From Azolla caroliniana (Eukaryota; Plantae; Polypodiophyta): 64,000 nucleotides of DNA. Of this stretch, positions 24,387 through 34,673 are shown piece after piece. Below the pieces are notes generated by a model. The model was given only the letters and a program-made list of their open reading frames with translations. It ran no database searches and was not told the DNA's origin. The DNA lies in assembly GCA_043228905.1 (NCBI GenBank), contig JBHGNT010000021.1, forward strand, positions 7,130,001 through 7,194,000. Reading direction: 5' to 3'. Positions within the stretch are counted from its first letter, which is position 1; every line of letters starts with the position of its first letter. The position numbers and the translations under genes are program-made.

Positions 24387-26009
24387 ATGGAGATGGAAGA
24401 AGACTTGGACTTCGAGGAGATGATGGCAAAAATCGTGATGGAAGCCGGACGGAAGATGGCGAAGCGAGATGCGGCTCAACAAGCCGTCGAAAGGGTGGTC
24501 GATCGAGTCGGCCGGTTCAATGGGAATGAGGTCCCAAAATTTTTGGGAGCCTACGAGGCCGAGATGGCGAAAGGGGGCGTGGACGAGGAGATGCGGCTAG
24601 AGTATTTTCCTCGAGTGGCGGCCGCATCGGTGCACAAGGAGGTCAAGGAGCTACGAGAAGCTCACGAGTCGTGGGTGTCCTTGAAGGTAGCCCTATTGGA
24701 AGTGTGCAGATACGCGAAACCGGAGTGGGTATGTCGGCAACCCGATGGGGAGCGGTCGGCAACAACGTGGCCCGCGGGCGGCAGAGAAGAGAGAGTGGCG
24801 AGTGAGTACACACTACCGCCGGAAGAGAGCTCAACGCAAAACGGTTCGGAGGAGCTCGACCTAGAAGCGCTAATACGAGAGGCATGCGAGCTTGTGAAGG
24901 CGAAAATCGGAGCCGAAGAAGGGCTTGTTATGGAGACGGGCCGGAGGCGATCGGAGGATGCGGAGGAAGAGGCCTCCCTAGACGTAGAAGACGGGGCCTA
25001 TACGGAGGCCGGGAGAGCGTACGATGGCGAGATAGGAGAGGGTGCGGAGCAAGCGACCCTCTTGCCTTGCGGTGAAGGGACGGCCATGGAGGCCGGTAAC
25101 TACGGATTCGGGACATGGCGGCCCGAAACATTGAGTGAGGAGCGGACAAGTGGCGGTGCCGCGACCTTACACACACCGGTCCTAGAGACTCTGGCATCCA
25201 GCCCGAGAGCCAGTGTGAGACCTAGAGTGACGGACGGTGGCGGCGACAAGGCGGGCAACCGAGACGACGGCATGGGAGAGATGGTGGCAAGCGTAATCGA
25301 GGTTTGCGGAATCGGGGATGGGGTAGCCGCGGACAACGACGACCGGACGGAAGCGGCTACTGACACAACGAGTGGCGGTGCCGTGTCCTTACCCACACCG
25401 GTCCTAGAGGCTTCGGCGGTCGGCCCGAGTGCCGGCGTGAGACCTAGAGCGACGGGCGGTGGTGGCGGCAAGGCGGCCTACCACGGCGACGAAGAGAACG
25501 AGGAAGAGATAGCCACGGACCACGGCGTCCGAACGAAGGTGGCTACGAACATGGCATCGGCGAGTAACGGTATCGGGACTTTTCCCACACCTATTCAAGA
25601 GACATCGGCAGTCGGCCCCGAGAGCCCACGTGAGACCGGAGAGACGGAAGGTGGCGGCGGCAAAGCGGACGATCGAAACGATGACCAGGAAGGTCATAGC
25701 GGACGGAGGCAAGACCTCTCGACACCGAGACCGGAGACTACGGCGGTTGCGCTCAAATGCCAACATAAGACCGGAGAGAAGGGCGGTGGCCGTGAGGAGG
25801 TGTGGCCCGAAGCGAACACGTACGAAGATGAGGATGCGAGGCCCGGAATGGGCATATACGAGAGGACCGACGGAGAGGTCGGGAGCGGCAAAGAGGAGAG
25901 AGTCGGGAACCGACCCGACCGGAAGATGAACCGGTCGATAATCCGACACGACCGGAAGACGACGCGGAAGAAGATTGGAGCGGGGTCCGGTCAACCGGGC
26001 CCGAACTGA
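24387..26009 (+). CDS. gag: Truncated Gag N-terminus fused to an acidic repeat array (540 aa, open)
   Basis: VDRVGRFNGNEVPKFLGAYEAEM is homologous to the family Gag. It is followed by repeats like TPVLET..VGP..VRPR.TGGGGGK. Confidence 0.65.
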   Translation: MEMEEDLDFEEMMAKIVMEAGRKMAKRDAAQQAVERVVDRVGRFNGNEVPKFLGAYEAEMAKGGVDEEMRLEYFPRVAAASVHKEVKELREAHESWVSLKVALLEVCRYAKPEWVCRQPDGERSATTWPAGGREERVASEYTLPPEESSTQNGSEELDLEALIREACELVKAKIGAEEGLVMETGRRRSEDAEEEASLDVEDGAYTEAGRAYDGEIGEGAEQATLLPCGEGTAMEAGNYGFGTWRPETLSEERTSGGAATLHTPVLETLASSPRASVRPRVTDGGGDKAGNRDDGMGEMVASVIEVCGIGDGVAADNDDRTEAATDTTSGGAVSLPTPVLEASAVGPSAGVRPRATGGGGGKAAYHGDEENEEEIATDHGVRTKVATNMASASNGIGTFPTPIQETSAVGPESPRETGETEGGGGKADDRNDDQEGHSGRRQDLSTPRPETTAVALKCQHKTGEKGGGREEVWPEANTYEDEDARPGMGIYERTDGEVGSGKEERVGNRPDRKMNRSIIRHDRKTTRKKIGAGSGQPGPN

Positions 26010-26240
26010 AGAAGAGCCGACAAGGCTGGAATTGTTCGGACAAACATGTACCGGCCGGTTACGATTACGGAAGGGAGCCGACCAAACCAGGACTCGATCG
26101 GCCCAGACCGATCCGGGCGAACGGGCCACAACACTCGATGGGAGCCGGTGAGCACAAGAAGGAGGCCAAGCATGCACAAGGAGTACGACTTGGTGGGAGG
26201 CTAAGAGCGAGAGGGACCCTCCTCACCTATTCTTGAGACT

Positions 26241-27992
26241 TTGGCGGTTGCGGATCGACGTAAGACCAAAGAGACGGCGGAAGGCGGCGAGGAGTCGGAG
26301 ACCGGAACGGACGAGGCTACCGGAACGGGTACCCAGTGCGTGAAGGCGGACGGGCACGGCCAAGACGGTAAGCCGGAGTCGAAAGGGGCTACGGCAACGA
26401 AATACGAAGAGGCCGACACGGAGGTCGGGACTACAACGAGGGAAGTGTGTAACGCAAACCATGCATTACGGCGTAGAACGGAGTGTGCACTACGGTCGGC
26501 GAAGGGCCAAGAAGCAAGCATGCACCCGGAAGAGCCGCAACGAGTGACCGACGATGACGGTCGGGGAAAGCCTTCAAGAGGCAAGTGCGGGACGACGGGC
26601 GGTGCGACGAGACGCCAAGATCAACAAAACGAGACGGGCGTGATCGGCGTGAACGAAGGATTGTGTCTGGGAAAACGGAGGGGATGCGCGGAGAACAACG
26701 GGGTACACACCGGGAAGAGAAAACGTGGCGGCTTCCCGGAGGGCATACAAGGCCAGGCGGACCAAGAGGGTGTACCTCGGGGCGAAGCGGCAACATCGGA
26801 GGTTGCGGATGACACCGAAGACGAGAGCACCGACACGGATGTCGGGGAAGCAACGTACCTTTTCGAAAGGGGACGCAGAGCGGAGCGGAGTGCGAGACGT
26901 GTGATGTGGCCGCGTAAGGGCCGAAAGACAAGCATGAGGATGATCGGCGAGCATGGAAGGCTATGTCTTGAGAACCGAAGGAGGTGCGTGGAGAGCAACG
27001 GGCTACGGAAGCGCGGCGTCCCGGAAGGCATGCGAGGCCAAGCGGGCCAAGAGGACGAGAGACGGGATGAAGCGGTAACGGAAGTCGCGAAGGACACTGA
27101 CATGGTGGTCGGGATGACGGTATGCTCCACGGCGAGAGAGCACGGCAAGCGAGGGAGAAGCGAGGAGCGCGTAATGAGGTCACCGAGGGACCGAAGAACG
27201 AGCGCATGTTCGGGAGACAACAAGGGCACACGGGAAGAGCCTACAGAAGGTGAGCGCGGAATGGAGGGAATTGGCACGAGGTGTTCGAGACGAAGAGAGG
27301 ATCGAGCCGGAGATAGAACACAAGCGGTACGCGAGGGGCGGAATCCGTCGAGCAAACAGGGTGACCGAGGGCCTAATTGGAGGACCTACATGGCGGACAA
27401 AGTAAGAGTGACCAGATCGGCAATGGCGTTCGGGAGGGTCGGTCGAAGAAGCAGGCGTGAACGTCGGATATGGCGGATCGGATGGAGCCGTCGGTTCGGG
27501 GACACACGTTGGATATGGCGGATCGGATGGAGCCGCCGGTTCGGGGACACACGCTGGATGTGGTGGATCGGATGGAGCCGGCGGGTCGGGGACGGTAAGG
27601 AGCCGGCAAGACGAATCGACGTCGGCAAGGGACCGGCAAGAAGGTTGGGTACCGGTAAGGCGAAAGACCCGGTTAATTACCGTCGCCGAAATCTCTCACT
27701 CTTTTCCTTTCTTGGCACATACCGGTGGATGTGCGGTTTGGTGGGGGTGGATGTCGTGAAGATTTTCGTCCATAGGCGGAAACCGGGGTGGAAGGGGCAA
27801 GTCGGTGGTGTGCAACATGTGCACATGTATACTAGGATATGGTGTATAGAAAGAGAGGGGAAATTTTTGTCCCACATTGTAAGGTCCCTCCCTCCTTGGG
27901 CTATAAAAGGAAGGGAGGGGTCACTTATGAAGGGGTTGCCTATTTTGCGTATGAGAGGTATACCACTTAGCCTAGAGTTCTTACCGTTTTAG
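26241..27992 (+). CDS. Second long open frame of element C, low complexity, function unknown; runs into the 3' LTR
   Basis: 583 open codons, R/G/E-rich, non-ATG start, no recognisable domain. May be a GC-bias artefact. Confidence 0.25.
   Translation: MAVADRRKTKETAEGGEESETGTDEATGTGTQCVKADGHGQDGKPESKGATATKYEEADTEVGTTTREVCNANHALRRRTECALRSAKGQEASMHPEEPQRVTDDDGRGKPSRGKCGTTGGATRRQDQQNETGVIGVNEGLCLGKRRGCAENNGVHTGKRKRGGFPEGIQGQADQEGVPRGEAATSEVADDTEDESTDTDVGEATYLFERGRRAERSARRVMWPRKGRKTSMRMIGEHGRLCLENRRRCVESNGLRKRGVPEGMRGQAGQEDERRDEAVTEVAKDTDMVVGMTVCSTAREHGKRGRSEERVMRSPRDRRTSACSGDNKGTREEPTEGERGMEGIGTRCSRRREDRAGDRTQAVREGRNPSSKQGDRGPNWRTYMADKVRVTRSAMAFGRVGRRSRRERRIWRIGWSRRFGDTRWIWRIGWSRRFGDTRWMWWIGWSRRVGDGKEPARRIDVGKGPARRLGTGKAKDPVNYRRRNLSLFSFLGTYRWMCGLVGVDVVKIFVHRRKPGWKGQVGGVQHVHMYTRIWCIEREGKFLSHIVRSLPPWAIKGREGSLMKGLPILRMRGIPLSLEFLPF
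27465..27594. repeat. Tandem repeat, 45 bp x about 3
   Basis: ggatatggcggatcggatggagccgtcggttcggggacacacgtt repeated. Confidence 0.9.
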
Positions 27993-28299
27993 GGTTAGGG
28001 TTTCGTTTAGGGTTTCCTTATTCATCTTCGGTTAGGGTTTTCTCATAGTCGTTTGGTGCGGCCCATGTGGCCACCATTGTTGTAACCATTCGTTGTTTTA
28101 ATATAACTTGTTGAACATCTTGCCTCCGCCGATCTCTCCGTCTATGTCGTGGTCTTATTCCTTCCTCTTCTCCTCTTGAGCTAAGCCGAGACCCCGGTGG
28201 TCCCGCCCCCTTCTACACGTACGCGCGTAACAACGCGACAACGTTAGTACTGTGATATAAAAAATACAATGTAGGTCACAAGAACTGCATTACTAAATC

Positions 28300-29250
28300 A
28301 TTGGGCTACACCTAGTTCCCATATTACACATCTAGTACTAATCGTGAACAATGTATTATTCGCTTAGTTCCCAAATTACACAACTAGTACTAATCATGAA
28401 CAATGTACTACTCACTTAGTTCCCAAAGTACACAACTAGTACTAATCGTCAACAATGTACTACAAGTATAGTGTGTACTAACACTAGTACTAGGCACGTT
28501 GTAATATAGATTGGACTAACATCTAATCCAATAAATGTAGATTGGACTTTAGTACTAACATGGTATTTTGCACACAAGTAATACTAAACGTGATATGTGT
28601 TCTACACACCTAATTACATAACTAGTACTAATTACACCAACTGTATTAATCTTCAACAGTATTAGTACTAAATGTGATATGTGTTTGACACACCTCATTT
28701 CCAAATTACACAAACTGTACTAATCTTCAGCAATTTAGCATACACCTTGTTCCCAAATTACATAACTAGTACTAATCGTCAACAATGTATTACACAACTA
28801 ATTCCCAAATTACACAGATAGTACTAATAGTCAACAGTGTACTACAAGTATAGTGTGTACTAAACTAGTACTAGGCAAGTTGTAATATAGATTGGACGAA
28901 CAACTTATCCAACAAATACATCTAAACAACTTCCTTCTTTAGTACTAAAGTGGTATTTTGCATACAAGTAGTACTAATCATGATATGTGTTCTACACTCC
29001 TAATTCCCAAATTACACGTTTAGTACTAATCGTTCACAGTGTACTACATACCTTGTGCTCAAATTACATAACTAGTACCAATCCTGAACAATGTCACACA
29101 TGGTTCCCAAATTACTCAAATAGTACTAATTCTGGAAAATATCCGTTCAACTACCCATACCAATTATATATTAAGAGTACTACCAATACTAACCCACATA
29201 AATAGGGTTCCACATATTAGTTGTTGGAGCTACACTAGTACTAATCCATT
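28300..29250. repeat. Degenerate intronic repeat array built on ttcccaaattacacaactagtactaatc
   Basis: Many units of about 50 bp containing TAGTACTA, plus a higher-order duplication (about 28420-28640 versus 28800-29030). Confidence 0.8.
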
Positions 29251-30775
29251 GTTTTCCTAAATTTGAAGTATGAATTATGGCATACACTAGTTCTAATCCA
29301 AATGTAAATTGACATCATATAATACAAACAATAAAATAGTAGAGCCACATACCGTACGGGTGTACTTTTAAACCCCAAGCATAGTACCACTCAGCAGCAA
29401 CTGTAGTTTTACAATCCAAACATGTATTTTCTTTCTCAAAATGATACTTAGGACATAGCACATGATATGTGTGCAAGCACGGTGTAATCATAACATCCAT
29501 AGCCTCAAGCTTGAATCCGAGGCCACAAAATATACACCTGGCAAATTGCAAACACAAGTTATAATATATTAGCTAATATGATATTTATACCACAGAAGTA
29601 GAAATAAATAACTTTTAAAGGCAATATCGTGATATAGTTATACTAGTAATGGTACTTTCCATACCAGTTGGGTGCTCAATTACAGATGGACACAAAGTTT
29701 CAAAACCTTTTCGTTTTAAATCTTGCATCAAGCACGCAAGGTTCTCAGAATGCAACTTTAAAGCTAACAACTTATTATCTAGTTCCCAATGTGCAATTCT
29801 GCAAGTATCAAGGTCTCTCATCTATGATCCTAATTGAGTGCCCATATTGTTCATCTCTTTCCTCAACTCCTCTTTCAACACCTCACTTTCTGAATTTTGG
29901 ATTGTCGATGCAATCCATTCATATGTAGTCTTTATTGAAGAGAATTTCTTTTCTGCTTGTATCTCAGCTAATTTAACTGCTTCCAAATCAACAAGTAGTG
30001 CTTGTATTCTTGAGCTCATAGAAGCTATGCAACCGGCCATCATCTGTTCATGCTTTTTAGTCATTGTGGCCTGTAGCTTTGCAAATTGAACTTGGTGGAC
30101 AGGTGTTGTAGCCGGAATATCCACATGAGAGGTTCCCGATGACTTCAAGCCAGTGTTGGTATTGGAGGACCCTTTATAATGTTCTGATCAGTGACGATTA
30201 AAATCTTCCCAATCTACGTCGATGCCACCCTGAACTTCACATGCAAATGCAAGTGCAAAAATAGTACCCACCTCATTGTTACAGATTTGATTAGTATCAT
30301 AAACAAGTTCATATCTCATCTTCAATAAGTTCACATATTCCTTCTTCAATCCACTTATGTGGAATCCTCGCCTTGTATCGGGATGTGGTGACCCCCAAGT
30401 TTTTATCAACCACTCTCTCAACTCTTCATAAACTTCAGGTCGTGCTCAAAGGAAATAACGCCATCCGAGAGGTGTGTCTTGAATGATGGAGTGGCACATC
30501 TTCTTTCTCGGAATTGATGAGTTCATCACCCTTTCTCTTGTGGGTGGGTGTCTTCTTGCTTTCTTTGATAGGTGTCCTTTTTCTTTCCTTCACTGGTGTC
30601 TTCACTTTCTCTTTCACCAATGTCTTCTTTATGGGTGTCCTTCTCGTCATTGTCCTAGTCTTCACTATTCTTGTTGAAAGAATATGCATGTACATCAAAA
30701 TACCATCAACAACCAACAAATCATCATAGCTAACTCAATCTAAGTTGCATGTACAAGCCATGTCAAACACACAAA

Positions 30776-31037
30776 AACCCTAAACAGTCGAAAAAAAACT
30801 CATCCATGTCAAACACACAAAATAAAAACAAACGGACATGAAACACAAAGAAAACGAAAACATACCAGTTGGGCATGCAACACATAGAATATGAATAATC
30901 AAACCCTAAACAGTCGAAAAAAAACTCATCCATGTCAAACACACACAAAATAAAAACAGACGGACAGGAAACACAAAGAAAACAAAAACATACCAGTTGG
31001 GCATGCAACACATAGAATATGAATAATCAAACCCTAA
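30776..31037. repeat. Tandem duplication, about 125-129 bp x2
   Basis: aaaccctaaacagtcg...catagaatatgaataatc occurs twice. Confidence 0.9.
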
Positions 31038-31960
31038 AAATGCAGCACAAAGAATACCTAGAGGTCGTACAAGTTACAAATGGAACGATGGGTCGAGGGC
31101 AGATGGAGCTAAGGTCAAGGCAGAGGTACCACACCGTGTTGATTTCTTCACCTTGGGAGCACACCAAGCCAAGAAAATCACCTATATGCAAGAGGTTGTT
31201 GACGAGGCTGTTGCAGAGGAGATAACCGAGAATACACAAAGGAGACAAACGAGCATACACAAAGAAAGCACATCAACAACAAGAACAACGTTAGTAGAGG
31301 GGAAACATCAATCTTTGCATATACAGAGTTCAGAGATTGTAGGGAAACAACAACAAAAATCATGCACAGAGGGAACACAACAAGAATTACGTGGGGAACA
31401 GAGAATCGAAGGTGGAGTGAGAGAGAGCAAGAGAGAAAGAGAGAGATAGGTAATAAATATGTGTTTGAGTTCTAACTTTCTGCCACTGTTTGAATGACAA
31501 CTTTGAGACAGAAGAGAGAAAGAAAGAAAGAAAGATATATTAACATCTTCTAAGGCCAAATTTGGCCCGTGAGACAATTGGTTTACAACAAAAATGAGTG
31601 TTTATCCAATCATCAAAACTAAAATAAAAGAAAATAGCTTAAGCTAAGAGAGTTCTAGTAGTGTACAAAAATTTGCACTAAGCCTAATCTCATTTCCACC
31701 CAAGTCTCTCAAAAAGAAGTGGGAGGTCAAAAGTTTTTGGTGTGGGTGTGACCCATGGTCCCGGTGTATAGAGTGCCCTAGCCATGGCTTCTAGGAGGTG
31801 TAGTTCACGTTCCCTTATTTTCTTTATTGCTTCTCCATCTCGTAGAGTTGCTTTGAAACCCGGCATCCAAGGGCGTTTGGTTCTTCTTTGATTTTCTGCT
31901 TCATCAAGGAAAAGCCCGAGTGGTGCAGGTGTGTCGACATTCATTGTCTCCCCCTGTTCC

Positions 31961-31962
<2 letters not shown>

Positions 31963-32002
<40 letters not shown>
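31963..32002. repeat. (GA)20 microsatellite
   Basis: Direct reading; a shorter GA run follows at about 32035-32053. Confidence 0.95.
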
Positions 32003-32005
<3 letters not shown>

Positions 32006-32357
32006 ACCAACTAACACGTTCGACTACCCATACCAGAGAGAGAGAGAGAGAGACTGAGACTGACCAACTGACACATTCGAAACCTTCTCCAGGTCTGCTT
32101 TTGTACAACTCTACCTAGGAGAATGAAGTTATAGTTAATGTATTAAATACGGCCTTGGGACACTTTGATTGTGACGTAAAATATCTTTGTACATTCGTAT
32201 TGAATTTGTTATATGAATTTGAACCTCATTCAATGGATGATAATCCACTATTTTCTGCACTAATTGTTTTATTTTCAATTTTTCATGTTTATTTTCTTCC
32301 TCGATTTAGTACTAAATTTTTGGCCAAAAGTTGGTACACCGTAGCATGCTTCGACCC

Positions 32358-33214
32358 TTCACAAAAACAGTTCATCGCGAATATGGACCCGACTCAAATA
32401 TGTTACAAAGAAAATAGATATACGCTAACATGAATATATATTACAAGAGCTTTACAACAAGACAATTACATGCCCCGAATCCGGTGGCTATTGCATATCA
32501 ATAGGCTAATACAACAAGTTAAGAATGGGAACCGACGAAGGCGAGTCAAGTGGGCCGCCAGGACCGCAACGTCCACCATTGGTAACACCTTGAAGACGGT
32601 AGAGTGTTCCCGTGCCACTTCGCCCTCCCTTCTCGAACCAGCCGCCACACGAAACGCTCTCCATCGAGGAGAGGAAGCCGAATCACCAAGTGCTGCCACC
32701 GGAATGCCTAAAGCCGTCGTTGTAGGAACCCCCAAACCAAACCAAACTCTCACACGAAGAAGAGAGAGTAACACCCAAAACCCTAACTCGCACGAACTCT
32801 CACAAGAAGAAGAACCTAAACGGAATACTAATTTCCACTCGAAAGAATGAACCAAACCCACGAGACAATGAAGAAGAAGACTCAAAATGAAACCCTAAAT
32901 GAAATAGGGTGAAAAGACCAAAGTAGAAACCCTAAGGGAACAAGAATAAGATAAAGAGGGAAAACACTACCAAACCCTAAACCTAAGTGGTATACCCTTC
33001 TAACTCAAAATGGGCAACCCTTTTACAAAGGGCATTCCCTTCCTTTTATAGAACAAGGAGAGGGATGCATAACAATGTGGGATAAATCCCTTATTACATG
33101 GGATCCTTTGTCCCGAATTAACTACTGTTCGGCGCCATAATGGTACAAGGGTGAGTGCACATGCTCCACCCCACCGATTCTTCTGATGTTCCCCGGTTTC
33201 TCACCATGGCTCGG
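32358..33214 (-). repeat. Partial LTR, type X (probable 3' LTR of element X), cut by the DNA transposon on the left and by LTR Y on the right
   Basis: Colinear with 47527-48408. Confidence 0.85.
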
Positions 33215-33951
33215 TGTCGCATTGCTACGCGCGTGCGTGTAGAATAAGGCGGGACCACGGGAGTCTTGGACTAGGGAGTAGATGAGAAGACGGGTATGAG
33301 CAAAGTGGAAGAGATTAACACGGTAGAGAAAGTAGAAAGAGACAAGATTCAAGAAGCTATGTATATTATGGGCATGAAAGCCTCGATGCAATTACAACCG
33401 CGACCGCGTGGGCCGGACTCAAAACATAAGTATAATGTATACCCTAATCGGATAAGTAAAGAAAGAAATGAAGAAACCCTAAACCGAATAAAAACCCTCG
33501 ACCTAAAACGGTAAGAACTCTAGACTACGTGGTATACCTCCCATACACAAAATAGGCAACCACTTCAATGGTGGCCCTTCCTCTCCTTTTATTGCATAAG
33601 GAGAGGAAGCCATTACAAAAGGGAGAGACTAAATATCCCCTTCATTCAATGGGGGATATTTTGTTGGATTCTTGGAGGAGGGATTGATGGGGCCCTAACT
33701 CCCACTCCTCACACATACTACTATGCCCCTTACTCACCTTGTACTCCTATGTACCTCTCTCTCTCTCATGTGGATGTGCACATAAGTGCACATCAAATTT
33801 ATACTTTAGGAATCTTGTGGTGCATTTCTTACAATTTACATTTGTTCTTATTAATATTTTACAAAAACATCATGTGCGTGTGCAACGTTGCACACCCCAA
33901 TTTTGCTCACTCCGCTCGGTTTTCCCCCTATGGACGAAAATCTTCACAACA
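33215..33951 (-). repeat. 3' LTR, type Y, of a minus-strand Gypsy-family element
   Basis: TGTCGC...TCTTCACAACA. PPT complement tccgcccccacc is adjacent at 33952. Left flank tcgg. No partner LTR in the window. Confidence 0.8.
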
Positions 33952-34673
33952 TCCGCCCCCACCAAACCGCACGTTGTCGTGAAGAAAACCGTCCCTTAGC
34001 GCAATCGGTGCATAGCGCGCGTGAACCGGTTCTTCACGCGTGCGCGCCCTTAATGTATATAATAGAGAATTAGGTACATAGGTATATCCTGGGTAGTTAG
34101 ATTCGGTAGGTAGGAAGTAAATGAAGGAGACGGCTCCCTTCTTGACGCTATAAAGGAGAGGGAGACACAGGGAGAAGGGATCGCGTATTGAGGAGGACGA
34201 AGTGTTGTCGGACCGGAACCGAACGCTTCTCCTCTGTTTGTTCTCTATTGCTCTTCTCTGCAGGTTTTCGGGAGGCTCGCGCTGCTTCGAGGAACGCCCA
34301 TGTGCTTCCGGCAGCACCTCCATCCTATCCCCTTTCGTGCGCAGACGAGCAGGCATCGGCATCTGTTTGCCGACCTGTTCGGTTGTAACCGCTCGCGTGC
34401 TCTGTTGTGTTTTTTTTGTGTCACTTGTTAATATACAAACATTTGTGTCTCTCTATCTTTGTGTCCATTCGTGTCTTCTGCGTTGACGGGCCGTGTCCCT
34501 GTGTTTCTTTGCTCATACGTAACCGGTCGTCTCTCTCTTTCTCTTTCCCCTCCTATCACCTACTCTTCGGTTCAAGACCCCGGGTGTCCCGCCTCGTTTC
34601 TCCACGCACGTGCGTAGTAACGCGACATATTTTGGTGAACGCGACGTGAAACAAGGCGGCAGAGGAGCAGAAG

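Larger units (their letters stand above)
23820..28240 (+). mobile_element. Non-autonomous Gypsy-family LTR element C (4.4 kb, Gag-only)
   Basis: LTRs 23820-24349 and 27752-28240 (the 3' copy has a 41-bp deletion). TSD acgt at 23816-23819 and 28241-28244. Trp PBS at 24354-24370. No pol motifs. Confidence 0.93.
22027..30719 (-). pseudogene. Multi-exon cargo gene of the DNA transposon: basic N-terminus, unknown globular domain, coiled coil, RING-H2 finger, acidic repetitive tail
   Basis: ORF pieces at 30435-30719, 30188-30421, 29822-30148, 29615-29821, 29353-29540 (CIFC..PCLHTYHVLC..TCLDC), 23535-23765, about 23389-23476, 22959-23174 and 22027-22872. GT donors at 29352, 23534 and about 23388. 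Several stops. Exon linkage is inferred. Confidence 0.6.
1..32357 (+). mobile_element. Large Sola-like (Sola2-type) DNA transposon; left end lies upstream of the window; about 11.3 kb visible once nested retroelements are removed
   Basis: AT-rich scaffold at 1-1344, 17924-23819 and 28245-32357 encodes a DDD-type transposase. It ends ...GTAGCATGCTTCGACCC at 32357 (5'-GGG terminus on the minus strand, fitting the Sola2 GRG rule). Sequence then resumes mid-LTR (ttcacaaaaac = position 47527 of the intact LTR copy). Left TIR and TSD are not visible. Confidence 0.6.

Noticed and set aside
32470-32850. 126-aa ORF repeated at 47639-48019
   Set aside because: It is repeated only because it lies within the two X-type LTR copies; antisense to the element and no domain seen.
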